A stretch of 64,000 nt of DNA from the human T2T-CHM13v2.0 reference genome, Homo sapiens, in NCBI RefSeq assembly GCF_009914755.1, contig NC_060926.1, one strand, 5' to 3'. The stretch's first letter is position 1. Each line of letters opens with the position of its first letter. Of this stretch, positions 15,447 through 32,740 are shown piece by piece. The position numbers and the translations under genes are program-made. Below the pieces are notes generated by a model. The model did no database searches. It saw only the letters and a program-made list of their open reading frames with translations, and was not told the DNA's origin.

Positions 15447-15738
15447 TTTTCCAGCTTTATTGAGGTATAATTGACAAATAAAACTGTATAAATTTAAGAT
15501 GTAAAATGTGATGATTTGATATACATATATATTGTGAAATTATTACTACAGACAACTTAGTTCACACATCCATTACCTCACATAAGTATATGTGTGTGGT
15601 GAGAACATTTAATATCTACTCTCTTAGCAAATGTCAATACAATACAGTATTAACTATAGTTATCATGCTGTACATTACACCCCAGAAATTATGCCTTTTA
15701 TAACTGAAAGTTTGTACTCTTTGACCAACATCTCCCCA
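15447..15738 (-). mobile_element. L1MA-type 3' end
   Basis: CAGCTTTATTGAGGTATAATTGACAAATAAAA...ATCTACTCTCTTAGCAAAT...ACTGAAAGTTTGTACTCTTTGACCAACATCTCCCCA matches the recalled reverse L1MA8/9 3' UTR. Confidence 0.85.
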
Positions 15739-16276
15739 TTAGAACATGATTTTTTATTTATTAAAATTGCCTATTTTATTTTGATAAATCCACAGATTCT
15801 TAAGAGTTGCAAAGGAGACTTTGAAAGTCAGCCCTCATGCAGCGAGACTTCCCACATACATGCATAGCAGAAACATACACATACCTAGTGATAATAGCAC
15901 TTATATTGCAGAACTTGTTTTACAATTTGCAACGCATACACATATGCAGGCTTTCTAGTGGAATATGAACATACACAGACATAAAGCCATCTGGTCTCTC
16001 CTTAAATACTACTCACAAGTAGTATTACATCATGGGGGGCTCATTACATTCAAGGCAGTCTACTCATTCTTTTAGTCTTGGAGATTCTAACAGAAATCAT
16101 GCCAGCCAGTGAGAGAAAATTCGGTTCTTTGATATGGATAGCTGAACCTCAATATTTCCAATCTCTCACCTACACAACTGCAGGAAGTCCAATTTTCATA
16201 GAAAACTCCTGACAGTCTTCAGAGGTGCTTGTGTACAGCGGTCCTTGCTCCCCACACTAGCCAACCTGCCTGGGAT

Positions 16277-16290
16277 GTTTCCATAGCAAC
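16277..16290. promoter_or_regulatory. RFX X-box motif
   Basis: GTTTCCATAGCAAC fits the RFX palindrome GTYNCCATRGNAAC. Motif match only; binding not shown. Confidence 0.45.
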
Positions 16291-17349
16291 CCCAGTCTCA
16301 AATTCAGCCCCATCACTGTTATCCTTGGAACTGGATGCCCTCCCTGGAATCTCAATCTGGAAACATGTCTTTCTTGTAGGAAACAGTCCTCTGTGTTATC
16401 TCAGTCTCTCAGCCAGCCTGTGCCAAAATTGTTAAGGCAGGATGGGTCTTTCGATTCACACACGTTCATTTTCTCCTAAGGGCAAAACACACAGCCAGAA
16501 TGGCTGGGTCAAGATAAGATACAAGATTAACCACAACCAGGTAACTAAAACTATCATTGCCTTCCAGCATGCAGACCCGATTACTGAGTCTAGGCCACAC
16601 TTTATCTTTCTTATGATGAGTTCCCTCTCAGGGCCACCTTTGTCTTTTCTTTCAATCTGACTTTGATAGGGCCTCTCCTGAGTGTAATACTTTTAAAAAT
16701 ATATTTGAAACCAAGTTTTGGACAGTATTGATCTCTCTATCATCCCACCCACATGAGCCTCCACCCACAAGCCAAAACTTAAACGCCTTTGAAAGTCATC
16801 ACTCATTTATGCAGTGAGATTATGCAGTAAGTGTAAATCGATGAACAATTGAATACTCAGGAAAATGATTGCTGCCTGCGTACTCACCAGATATCTCAGT
16901 TTCTGGCAGGTCATGACTCCCTTTTCTATTTCTTCTAAGAAAAATATCTACATCTTATTACCTCTTGCCCTTCATTTAAGTTTTGCCCTCTGGAAAATAC
17001 TTTCTCCTCATAAAATTCCATTCAGACACCACTCTTTTCCAGTCTAAATATACTATTTCATTCCCATTTCTCACAGGCCACAACCCCAAGATCACTAATA
17101 CGCCCTATAAAATTTAATTGCTCCAGCCACTGCCCAACTTCAACAGGACATACTTGGATGTCCTGCGTCCCTTATTCTGGGTACCATTTGCTTCGAAAAG
17201 TCCTAAAATTGATGTTTGCCTATTGTGTAATACTAGATAGGTACTGAGCTAATAATTTAAAAATTAACAAAGGTTAAGTTCACCCTAAACATGGCTCTAT
17301 TCAGGGTCAACAAGAATCTTCACGTTGCTAGTGATCAGACCCAACACTC

Positions 17350-17990
17350 ACATGACTATCTCCATGAACAGCTATCTCAAATTTCACATGTTCCAAACTG
17401 AAACTCTATTATTCTTCCATTAACCTGGCCCACTTACACTCGTCCTCAAAGTTTCTCAGTTATTAATATCCTCCTTACAATTGCTCAGGCCAAAAGCCTT
17501 ATTGTTATTCTTGAATACTTTCTTCACATTCCCTATCTAATTCATCAGCAAATTCAGTAAGCTCTTCCTTCAAACTATACCCAGAATTTCTGCAAGCCCA
17601 TCTCAAGCCTCCCTTCAGCACCACTCTGATTCATACCACAGCCATCTCTCACCTGGCTCAATACAATAGATCCTAGCTGGTCTCCTTGCTAGTCAACACA
17701 GCAGCAAAAATGATCCTGTTAAAACACAAGCCAGCTCATGGTTCTCGTCTCAGTGTCCTCTGACAGCTTGGCAGTTCTTTCAGAATAAAAGCCGGTCTTT
17801 ACAATGGCCTGCCAAGCCCTACAAGGTCCACCTTCTCCTTCCCTTACCATGCTTCAGCCATGCTGGTCTCCTCGTGTCTTTGAACCATACCAGGCACATT
17901 CAGGCCCAGTTCCCCTGGAATGTTTTCCCCAAAGACACACATACTCTGCTCCCTCGCCTTCTTCAAGTCCATATTCAAATGTTGTCTTGT
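17350..17990 (+). mobile_element. L2 (L2a-like) LINE fragment
   Basis: CATGTTCCAAACTGAAACTC...TTGCTCAGGCCAAAAGCCTT...AATTCATCAGCAAATTC...CTTTACAATGGCCTGCCAAGCCCTACA is typical of the L2 3' region. Confidence 0.75.
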
Positions 17991-18828
17991 TAAAAAAAGA
18001 GCTGGAGTTCTTTTTTTCTTAGAACTACTAGCTCTAAGAACTATTTCCAGGAAAAGACAGAAATCTATTGATTTTATTCTATATAACCTGTCAAAATGTT
18101 TCAACATTTCAGAATGAGAAATACATTTTTAAAAGAATATTTTAGAATTTCAATTTTAGAGTGAAATAACCCAAAGCAGGTTTGCTTTCTCTCTTTTGAT
18201 TGTTGTGATGGCCTTACAGTTCCCTAGTCTAATAGCATACGTCTTTTCTAAAATGCTCTTAGGTGATTTGATTGGGCAAGATTTCCTCATCAGGTGCCCC
18301 ACGTGCACCCATGGAAGGTCCCCCCTCTTCTAGTGGGTGCCTGAGTTCCCACCTCAAGACCTGAATGTACACTAGTCCCTCCAATGAGACCACTGCTACT
18401 CCACACCAAGACGGCTGAAATTCTACACATACTCTGTGGCCCAGATAGATGCTCCCTGTTCCATGAATTCTTCTCTGATCTCTCTTGCAAAAAGCCACCT
18501 CTTCTTCCTGGGAAACCAGAGCATTGATTTGCACTCATTCTTGCATTCATTCTTGTATACAACCTTTTTATGTGACTTGTGTCCCTTAAACAGGTATTCT
18601 AATTTAATTTAGGAGTATAATTATAATCTTACTAGGTATTTATAAACTTGAGATTATAAACTGCATTTTACTTGCTACTTTATTGGCCTAACATAAAATG
18701 AGAATTCAATAAAATGGTTATTGAATAATTAGATAAAAATGGAATAAGTAATAAGCAAATTAAGATAGGGTCTTAAACTGCTCTTTTTAAATAGTCATTG
18801 TTTTTCTTAATTAGGCGCATTTAAATAA

Positions 18829-19141
<313 letters not shown>

Positions 19142-20224
19142 TGTAATCTTAATAATATCAGTGACAGTAGTATTTAAATTGCCACCAATAATTTTGATGT
19201 CATTATTTAAAATATGTTTTTTATTATTAAAAATGCCTACTACTAATATTTTCCTTGGCTTTCTATCTTCAAGTATGGTTGTGTTTACATAAAATACATG
19301 GTATATAAAGTATATATTTGTCTGCATATATTGGATATGCATTTATATGTATAAATATTTAACAATGCATCCTCTTAGCAAAGGAAAATGTACATATGTA
19401 CAAGTTGCATTTTCTATGTAGGCTTGTGTGTTTGTGTTTGTGTAAGCATCACATAACATTTCAAGTAGGACTATTGATCAAAGATGATAGTAACTAATAG
19501 AAAGGCCCTAGGCATTTCTAAGGACTAGAATACTTTGAAGTATTCCAGAAAGAACATATTGACCTCTTTTGGGAAAAGGATTATGTGCAGCAATCAGACA
19601 TGACTATCTAATGTTGAAGATCAAAGGGTATTGACTGAAATCTGCTGTTGCCATAGCTATTGAGCCCTGTGAATTTACTATAGTTCTCTTATTACAAGCA
19701 CAAGATCTATAGTTAAGACCTGCTCTATTGACGAGACGGGTTATCTGTTCACTAAATCTAGGAGTTTACCAGAATGATTTTCAGCCCACGTTGTTTTGCT
19801 AAATTGAATCTGATTCAGTGAAATTAAAATATTCTCAAGGCACACATTCATAATCTACTCTAACTCTATCAATCTTTTTAAGATGTGCAAAATATCCTAA
19901 CCACAACTCTAGTCTTAGAGGATAAGATGCTTATGGCATATTTTTATATGGGGCAGGCTCTCAATGGGCTGCAATGCGTGAAACGGAGATTCAGTCACAA
20001 GGATGACAAAGTAGCACCAAGCCAGCAGGTCTCAAAATGCTCCTCACAAAATAGCTTAATGCCTTTTCCCTGGTGACACCATGTGGATCCCAAAATCTCA
20101 ATCATCAAAGCACGCCTGGTTATCTAAAGCTACTTTCTGAAACCTTCCTTCAAATAAGGATTTTAAAACATAATCCGACCTTTGGCTGACTTCTCTAAAA
20201 TTGACCTTGTTCTCAATTTCTTAC

Positions 20225-20758
20225 TGTGAAGCAGGTTCACCATGTACTGGTTACCCACTTAGAAGAGTCCAGTGAGAGACAGAACACTCACAAACAAGTT
20301 ATATAAAGCAGGTTGATTACTACAGATAGACAGCAAGGGACAAAAGGAGCCTAGGATCCATTGTCAGCCAGTCTTCCAAGGCTCAAAAAGCTGCAGGGGC
20401 AGAAGTAGTCTTGACTGCACATGCTCTTCTTGCACCACAGCTGAAGGAGGCCAAAAAGCAGCCTGCCTTGGGTGAGTTATCTCAGGAGCAATGTGACCCA
20501 CTGGGGAAAGCTTTGAAGGGCATATTGTGTCCAGAGGAGGGAGGAACAAAGTCCAGGCTGTCCAGAATAGTTCCTCCCTAACTCAAGGTGTTATGTTTCC
20601 TGGGAGGAATGGGAACAAGGCTTGGGCTGTTTCAGGCAAGTTCTCCCTGTCTCAGAATGTTGCAGTCCCAGCACATTCTGCAGACATTCTTGAGAACTAC
20701 AAGCAAGAGAAGTGGAGAGAACTGGGCTTGTCCAAGGCCATCAGAGAACTGTCCGGCA
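20225..20758 (-). mobile_element. Solo LTR, ERVL class (subfamily uncertain)
   Basis: TG...CA termini, 5-bp TSD CTTAC/CTTAT (20220-20224, 20759-20763), GC-richer 534-bp block resembling ERVL MER-type LTRs. Confidence 0.7.
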
Positions 20759-21120
20759 CTTATTCTATTATTCTAAAAAAATCCCATTTATTCATCTAAT
20801 TACTGAATAGATATTTGCCTGTTTGGCCACTATTACCAATGAAGTATTTTCATAACTAAATGGGGTGATTGGCAATGAGGGAAAATGGGGAAAAAGCCAG
20901 TCAGGAAGTGTTCAGCTACTTTACACTCAGATCTAAAAGGATGTTGTGCGAGTAACTGGATTCTCTCCAGTTGTTATTTGCCTTGATGTTCATGAATGTG
21001 CCTTCTGTTGCTTCTGGAGGCCTTAGGGGAAATAATTTCCAAAACTCGTAATTTTGTTTATTATACTAGAAATAAAAAAATATGCACTGTGAGGAACACC
21101 ACGCATACAGATGGAAGTCC

Positions 21121-21310
21121 AAAAGTGTGATATTGGCAGCCAGATTGCCTGGGTTTGAATTCCGGCTGAAGTCACTGAGCTTCAGTCTCCTCAACTGTAA
21201 AATAGAAAAAGTTACAGTTTCTACCTCGTAATGCCTTGTAAAATGTTAAGAAATTCATATAAACAAAGTACATGACACATAACAAGTGTTCAATGAAGTT
21301 AAGCTATTAT
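21121..21310 (+). mobile_element. MIR SINE
   Basis: CAGATTGCCTGGGTTTGAATTCCGGCT...CTTCAGTCTCCTCAACTGTAAAATAG. Confidence 0.75.
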
Positions 21311-22172
21311 TTTCAGGACACTATTTTGCTAAGAATTTTTGTTTAAGTAAGAGGAGGAAGAAAGGAAGAAAAAATTCTTGTGATTTCAAATATAATTTTT
21401 TTTAAATATAAGGAAGTTGCCTCTGGATTTATTTTACAATCCTTTACTCTGCTTTGATCAGACACTGCACTTTAAGTTTTGTTCTTAGAAAATATATTAA
21501 TCTTTTGAAATATGTCACAGTTATTCTTCAGATCTTAATACAAATACTTCATAGCAATTAGATACAGTGACTGCTTATTCAAGTTCAGACCATTTAAGAC
21601 AAACTAGAATATTGCATTACAGTTTATGGCAACTAATTACAGCAAAAGTTTATTCTAGTTCCTCAAATGGGGGGGAAAGTGTTCTGCTCTATTTTTTAAG
21701 CTTTTTACTGGAGTGCCATCTGCAGCCTTAAAAAAAAAAAACAAAACAGTAAAGTACTTTGGAAATCCAAGGCTGTGGTCCATGGCCATGGTTTCCATAG
21801 TAATAGTGGCCTAAATCCATACATCCCTAACTAGTTACACATATAATTATATGAAGTATAGCAGTAAGAAAGAAAGATGTTTTGCGTAATATGCAAAATC
21901 ATCACACCTTCATTCTTTTGCCTCCAAGCATTCTCTCTGTTCATCAGTAAAGAAGAGAATGAGATAATAATATGTAGCCATGTGATAAACACCAGAGTCC
22001 GCTTAATATTTATTTTGTTCATAACTCAGTATCTGTGTCTGTTTAAAATACCAGGGGGTATAATCATCAAATTGAAATCAAGCTGGAAAAGTAACACATG
22101 GAAAAATTCTCTTTCCTCGGGCTAAGAGGATTCACCCACTTGCTCACTCACCCTCAAGTCAAGTACTCATAA

Positions 22173-22420
22173 AATGGTGACTATAATAAGTAAGGATGGA
22201 TTGTATATTTCCAAATTGCTAAATTTGGAAATGAGCAGTAGATTTTAAATGTTTTTGCCACAAAAAAATGGTAAGTATGTGAGGTGATAGATTTGCTAAC
22301 TAGCCTGATTTATCATTCCATTTTATATTGTAAATGTATGTCAACACTTCCTATTGTACTTCATAAATATATGCAATTATTATTTGTCAATTAAAAATGA
22401 AATTGAATAACAAAAAAGAA
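22173..22420 (+). mobile_element. L1MA-type 3' end
   Basis: GTAGATTTTAAATGT...GGTAAGTATGTGAGGTGATAG...TATTATTTGTCAATTAAAAA followed by an A-rich tail. Confidence 0.85.
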
Positions 22421-23709
22421 ATTATTTTCTCTTGCTCTGGAGACCTACAACATAGCTTTCAAGCAATGCATTCTAGAATTTCCAGGGAAAATCCACTGTG
22501 TTCCTTCCCAAGGCCTTCTGTTGAGGTTTTGATCTACACCGCTTAGCTTTGCATCAAACCCAAGAAAAAGCCAAGCTAGAGTCTTTATTCCAAGCATACA
22601 TACAGGAATCCAGAAAATACATGAAAAAATAAAGTTGCAATTGTGATATGTAGAAGTGGGCGCAAGCACTCTACTCTACTGAGAGTTGGTAGAGTTCTCA
22701 GCTGCTCTTATTCTGAGACAGCTTTGTTGTAATTTGGCAAGATTTAGGAATGTGGGAGTTTTTTCCTGTTGGTTCATGAACAATTTTTATCTGTCATAGA
22801 ACAATAATTGTTGGCCAGAGTATTAAAGTTCAGAAGATAATTTAATAATGCAAAAGGAACAAAGTGAACTTGGAAAGCTGTGTTACTACTGCTCAGTCTC
22901 TTGCCCTGCAGAGAACTGATGTTATCAATAGTTTTATTATATAATCTTGCTGTAAGCAACAAATATACTATAATTTAGCTGGAGTTTCATCTAAAAAATA
23001 AAAATTGTTTAAAGAAGAAAACTATGGTGTAACTTCCAAATCTTCCAAATTAGCTACACTGGAAAAAAAAATTAATCTTCTCTTAGTTGCTATAATTTGA
23101 GTCTATGAGTCTAACTCATGAATAGCGTGAGGATGTTTTTATGTATTTTTCTGATAGATTAAAATGAAAAGTATTTGGGATCCAGGGGTTTTGTACACAG
23201 ACGGGAACTTATCAGCAGATTACTTTTGAAGTATTTTGAATATTATGACTTCCCTAAAGTTGTCCCTCTTTTAATTCTAATTGCATAGATTTTAGTTATG
23301 CTTAAATGCTAGAGTCAAATTTAAATTTTTCCCCCCTGAAAATAGATTTGAAATTGTGGTGTAGGGACTCCAAAGACCCATAAATACCAGTGGAGTACCA
23401 AAGGAAAAAGCTTTGAAAGTGAATATTGCTAGCAAAATTTTTTTTACAATCTCTAATTCAAAAATATTTCTAGAAATATTTTGTCTAGGGCATTTAGGTA
23501 ATCAAAAAAGGTCTAAAAAAAAAAAGCAAGTGAGATGAGAGCGCTATCATTAATCATTCAAATGGACTCAAAATGAAAAAGATTGAAAATCATTCATTAA
23601 TATTTTATCTGTTTCTCTGTTAAATTGTTCTATTGAAATTGAGTTCAAGGATATAGACAGTAACAACAGACCATTGATATCTATATCTATATGTCTAGAG
23701 AGAAAGAGA

Positions 23710-23755
23710 TTTTATTTTATTTTATTTCATTTTATTTTATTTTATTTTATTTTTT
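23710..23755. repeat. (TTTTA)n microsatellite
   Basis: Pentanucleotide run seen directly. Confidence 0.9.
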
Positions 23756-24010
23756 GAGCCAATGGAAAGTTGTGTAGTCAAAGAAACCTTAAGATACTGA
23801 ATTTCAGAAAATGATAAGCCCTTGGTCGGTGACCTGAGGTCCGTACTACTCTCTTCCATTGATACAAGTGCCAAGTCTGGTCATAGGTAAGTATAGTATC
23901 TTGCCAGCCATAGGTCAGGGGAAGAGAGAGTTGGTATGCTGGAGTAAGGAGAAATTAGCAAAGCTTTTAGCTATCACATGAACCTGCTTGAAAGATTGGA
24001 ATCTGCGGCA

Positions 24011-24054
24011 GTTCCAACATCAGAAACAGTTCGTTCCAACATCAGAAACAGTTC
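24011..24054. repeat. Perfect 22-bp tandem duplication
   Basis: GTTCCAACATCAGAAACAGTTC twice, followed by partial CTTCCAAC. Confidence 0.9.
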
Positions 24055-24199
24055 CTTCCAACTGCCACTGATTCTCCCCCACAAGCCTGCAGTAGTTCAG
24101 GATGCACAGTGCTATGCTGGAAAACAAAGAATTATTTCCTGAAGTCCTGGTGGTGCTTATATTCCTAAGTCCCACTATAGAGAAATGCTTGCAGTACAC

Positions 24200-25555
24200 T
24201 TAGAACAGACCTTAACCTCAAGTCATTTAACACAGGAGGGGCACTATACTTTGTAAAGTGGCAACCCAACCTCAGACCTAGCTCAGCTGCAGATTGGATC
24301 AAAGGGATCTCTCTCTAGCTATCTGACAGAGGAAAGAGTAGGCCCTCTCTGGGGGAAAGAAAACTTAGTTTAGTCTCTATGAGCCTCTTAAACATAATAT
24401 ATGCCATGCAATTTTAAAAAAGACATATGCAAGGAAATAGGAGAATTTGACCCACAATCAAAATTATATATACACATATATATGTGTATATATATATATA
24501 TTTAATAGAAGCAAAACTACACATATAGAATTAACATACAAGATCTTTAAATAAATCATAACATTTTAAAGAATTTAGAGAAAAAGATGGAGAATTTCAG
24601 CATAGAAATGAAGACTTTAAAAAGAGCCAAATTAAAATTCTAGAAGTAAAAAATACATTATCTAAATTAAAGATTTTTGGATAGGCTTAACAGTAGTCTA
24701 AATTTAGTAAAAGAAAGTATCAGAGAACTCTTAGCTCAATAGAAATGATATAAATTGAACCACCAAATTTTAAAAAGAATGAAAAAAGAGCTTTTGAGAC
24801 ATGTGGCACACTAACAAATGGCCTAATATGTATGCAATTTGTGTCCCAGACAAAGAAGAAAGAAAATCAGGCAGAAGAATTGTTTGAAGAGATAATGACT
24901 GGAATTCTTTTCAAAGTCAATGAAAGACATTAACCCACATATACAAGAAGCTCAGAGAATCTCATGCAGGACAAATACTAGGAAAACTGTATTAATTTGG
25001 GGAAACAATAATAATAAGAAGAATTAAAGCTTACTGTCTTGTCATCATAAAAAATGGAAGCCAGAAGAAAGTGATTTGGTGTCTTAAACTTCTGCAACAA
25101 CAACAACAAAATTCAACCTAAAATTCTATGATTATCCAAAAAGTCCTTCAAAATTGAAAACAAAAGAAATTCATTTTTAGATGAACAAAATCTGAGGCAG
25201 TTTGTCACTAGCAGACCTGCACTACAAGAAATACTAAAGGAATTTCAGGATGAACAGAAATTATTCCACATGGAAGCCTGGACCTTCAGGAAGGAAAGAA
25301 GACCCCAAGAAATGAATATACAGTACCATTTGTAAACGTATTCACTTTACTGATTAAGCAATAAAATCAACAATGTACTATGAGGTTTATAAGATATACA
25401 GATGTATATGGCAAAAATAACACAATGTGTAGAAGGAAATAAATGGAATTACATAGCTCTTACATTGTTCTTAAAGTAATATAATAGTAATTCAAAATAG
25501 CTGTAATAAATTAAGGGTGCATATTGTAATTTCTAAGTAAAAATACAAAAATATG
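24200..25555 (+). mobile_element. Old L1M 5' region/ORF1 remnant, host of the L1PA8 insertion; resumes at about 29727-29780
   Basis: ORF1-like A-rich signatures (ATTCTAGAAGTAAAAAATACA, GCAGAAGAATTGTTTGAAGAGATAATGACTG, CACTAGCAGACCTGCACTACAAGAAATACTAAAGGAA). Left boundary approximate. Confidence 0.75.
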
Positions 25556-29715
<4,160 letters not shown>

Positions 29716-30003
29716 ACAAAAACATGCAATTAAAAAACCAAGAAAGGTGATAAAATTAATTAAAAACTAAAATATTGCCCAAGATTATGTAACAAAAGGC
29801 CATATGGTTTTATTTCTTGCCCTTGTTTTTAAGAAAACTCGTTCCTTATTTTTTTATAGTTAAATTATTTGTCTAAGTTGGATATTAGATTATGAAGTAT
29901 TTGGATTCCAAACAATTAAGGGTTTTCAAGAAAAAATAAAATAAAACACCCTTAGAACTTGATTCCTATATGCATATATATTTTAAATGAAGATAAGGAT
30001 ATA

Positions 30004-30040
<37 letters not shown>

Positions 30041-30198
30041 TTTTCTTGAAACAAGGTCTCACTCTTTTGCCCAGGCTGGAGTACAGTGGCACAATCACAG
30101 CTCATTACAGCTTCAAACTCCTGGGCTAAAGCAATCCTCCTGATTCAGTTTCCCAAGTAGCTGGAACTACAGGCACACACTGCCATGCATGGCTATTT
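30004..30198 (-). mobile_element. Alu right monomer (FRAM/AluJ-type)
   Basis: Long T-rich tail and a single reverse right arm (CACAATCACAGCTCATTACAGCTTCAAACTCCTGGGCT). Confidence 0.85.
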
Positions 30199-30316
30199 TC
30201 TTGAGTGTATATCAACACCCATCATTGAGAGATCATTTTGATAAATCCTAAGAAAAGAATACTATAATGGATCATGAAGGCCATATTTTATTAGTTTGCA
30301 ACATCCATGGTGGATC

Positions 30317-30475
30317 ACTGGGCATGGTGGTGCACATCTGTCATACCAGCTACTTGGGAAGCTGAGGGGGGAAGATCGTTTGAGCCTGGAGGTTTGAGAG
30401 TGAGCTATGATTGTGCCACTGCACTCCACCCTGGGCAACAGAGCAAGACCCCTGTCTCTAAATAAGTAAATAAAA
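30317..30475 (+). mobile_element. Alu right monomer (FRAM/AluJ-type)
   Basis: Single right arm with A-rich tail; degenerate TSD CATGGTGGAT / CATAGTGGAT. Confidence 0.85.
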
Positions 30476-31110
30476 TCCTCATAGTGGATTACTACAAGAC
30501 GGCATTTTCTTTCTGTTAAATAGACCATGTGATCTATATTCAAGAATCCAATCAACGGGACACAACAGTAGTTTCCTGGGTTTAGAACATCAGAGCTTAC
30601 ACTGTTTCACACCTAATTTTCTGCTCCAAGGTGGCTCCGTTGCACAATGGATAGCCCAATTCTCTGCCCAAGCCAGTCAGATTTTAGGGACACAAAAGCA
30701 ACGATGTTCAAAGATGACAGTTATGGAGGTAAAACTTAAAACCAGAGATTGGAAATCCTCAGCCAAGATTTATGGATATAGACAATCAGTTATATTTATC
30801 CCAAATTCTCCTTACTTAACTCCTATGAATTCAACACAGTGAGAATTTAAAAGTCTTTGTCATTGGATGCCCTAAGCTGAAAGAAGAAAAATTGAATGTT
30901 TACATTCTCTATAGTTGATACTATATAAAATAACTGAAAGCACAGCTATGTCTAGTTACGAACCACTGTATTTGAATTTATGTTTTTTCTGTTACTTGTG
31001 TTTGAAAGTAATTTCATTTGTTTTATGGAGTGCTATAAAATTTCTCCACCTAGAGAAGGTCACTTCTTGTGAAGCCTATTCAAATACGGTGCATAAAGAA
31101 AAAAAGGGAA

Positions 31111-31626
31111 TGTGGCATTTTTCAAACACAAAATTTTTGATAATCCTCTCACTAAAAGGTAGAGACTACTTCCATTCCCCTTAGATATGGGTTAGCCTTG
31201 GTGGCTTCTAAGGAATAGAATGAGACTGAAGTGATGCTGTGCGACATCCAAGAGTAGGCTAAATACAGTGGAAGAGCTTCCACCTGGCTCTCTCTCTCTC
31301 TCTGGATGTTTACCCTTAGAACTCAGCCACCATGCTGTGAGGAACTCAAGCCACATGAAGAGGCCAAATGGAGGTTTGCCAGCTAACAGCCCTGCTTAGT
31401 ACCCCAGGTGAAGTTTAGCATCAACCACCAGGTATATAAGTGAATGAGCCTTCAGACAATTTCAGCCTCTAAACTTTGGGCCACCCCTAGTTACACCATA
31501 TGGAACAAAGAGCTGACTTTGTTGAGCCTTATCCAGATTGAGATACAGGAGCAAAATAAACATTATTATTGTTTGAAGCTACTAAGTTCCAGTTTGGTTT
31601 GTTCTAAAGCAATAGATAACCAAACA
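31111..31626 (+). mobile_element. MLT1 (G/H-like) MaLR solo LTR
   Basis: TG...CA ends; GAACTCAGCCACCATGCTGTGAGGAA; 3' end TTGTTTGAAGCTACTAAGTT...AGCAATAGATAACCAAACA. Confidence 0.8.
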
Positions 31627-31911
31627 GGACCTAAGATTTCTTGAAAACCACCTATATGTTAGATCTTTTATATAACTAATTAAAATTCAAGTAACCTTAA
31701 GTCTAATGAAAGAGACAATTGACTTCTCAGCAATTAAATAATTTTTTAGAAAATTGGTCTATATGATTTTTTGTTGACAGATTATCTGACCACAAAAAGC
31801 CTCATACATCAAAAATTTGTCACATAAATAATCTGGATTTTCATTGTTTTGGAAAATTCCAAAACTAAACTCCAGCCTATTGTTACACAAGCTGTTGTGT
31901 TTTACTTCCAG

Positions 31912-32190
31912 GTCCTTCAGAGGTGTGTTAGGGGAGGGTCACACACATGAGGCTACAGCAGTAAGGGGCACTACATGGAAGGCCTTGAAGGCCAGGCTCG
32001 GGCAATTGAGGGCCATTGAAGGCACTGGAGATGGAACATGCCATAATCAGAAATATGTTTTCTGAGGCTGATAAAGTTTCAAAATCAACTTTTCACGATA
32101 TAGGAAGACCAACCAATTCTTGAAAAGCTTTTTTCTTTTCCCAATTGCTTCAGTGATAGCCACACATTTCAATAAACCCAATTTTCCTCC
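31912..32190 (+). ncRNA. Candidate terminal exon of an unidentified, probably non-coding transcript
   Basis: Acceptor TGTGTTTTACTTCCAG|G at 31911/31912, GC-richer unique body, AATAAA at 32171-32176. No expression data. Confidence 0.3.
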
Positions 32191-32366
32191 ATCTGTTCAT
32201 AAAGATAATCATTCACTGACCCATCCAAACTTTACAACCTTTTTTAAAAAATTCACATTGTCATTTTTACACTAAAAACTTTCAATCATGTATTTCTCCC
32301 CCTGACAGTCCCAAGGATTCCAGGTTGAGCTTCAGAGCCAAATGTTTTTCTGTCTATATTGCCTCC

Positions 32367-32740
32367 TGCTATAGTTTGAATGTGTCCCCAAAGTTCACAG
32401 TGGAAACTTAATCCCTAATGCAACAGCATTGGGAGGTGGGGCCTTTAAGAGATGATTAGGATATGAGGGCTCTGTCCTCATAAACGAATTAACGCTGTTA
32501 TTTTGGGAGTGGATTTCTGTTTAAAAGGCTGAGTTTGGCCCCCTTTACCCCCTCCTCTCTCTCTCACTACGTGATACCTCTCATCTCATGATGACACAGC
32601 CAGAAGGCCCTCACCAGATGTGGCCCCCTCGAATCTTGGACTTCTCAGCCTCCAGAACCATGAGTCCAATAAATTTCTGTTCATTGTAAATTACCAACTC
32701 CCAGGTATTCTGTTACAGCAGCATAAAATGGACTAAAATA
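32367..32740 (+). mobile_element. MST-type MaLR solo LTR
   Basis: TGCTATAGTTTGAATGTGTCCCC start, GGACTTCTCAGCCTCCAGAAC, AATAAATTTCTGTTC, ends GGACTAAAATA; TSD CCTCC/TCTCC. Confidence 0.9.

Noticed and set aside
21710-21727. CTCF-like GGCTGCAGATGGCACTC on the minus strand
   Set aside because: Mismatches at the informative 5' positions of the core motif.
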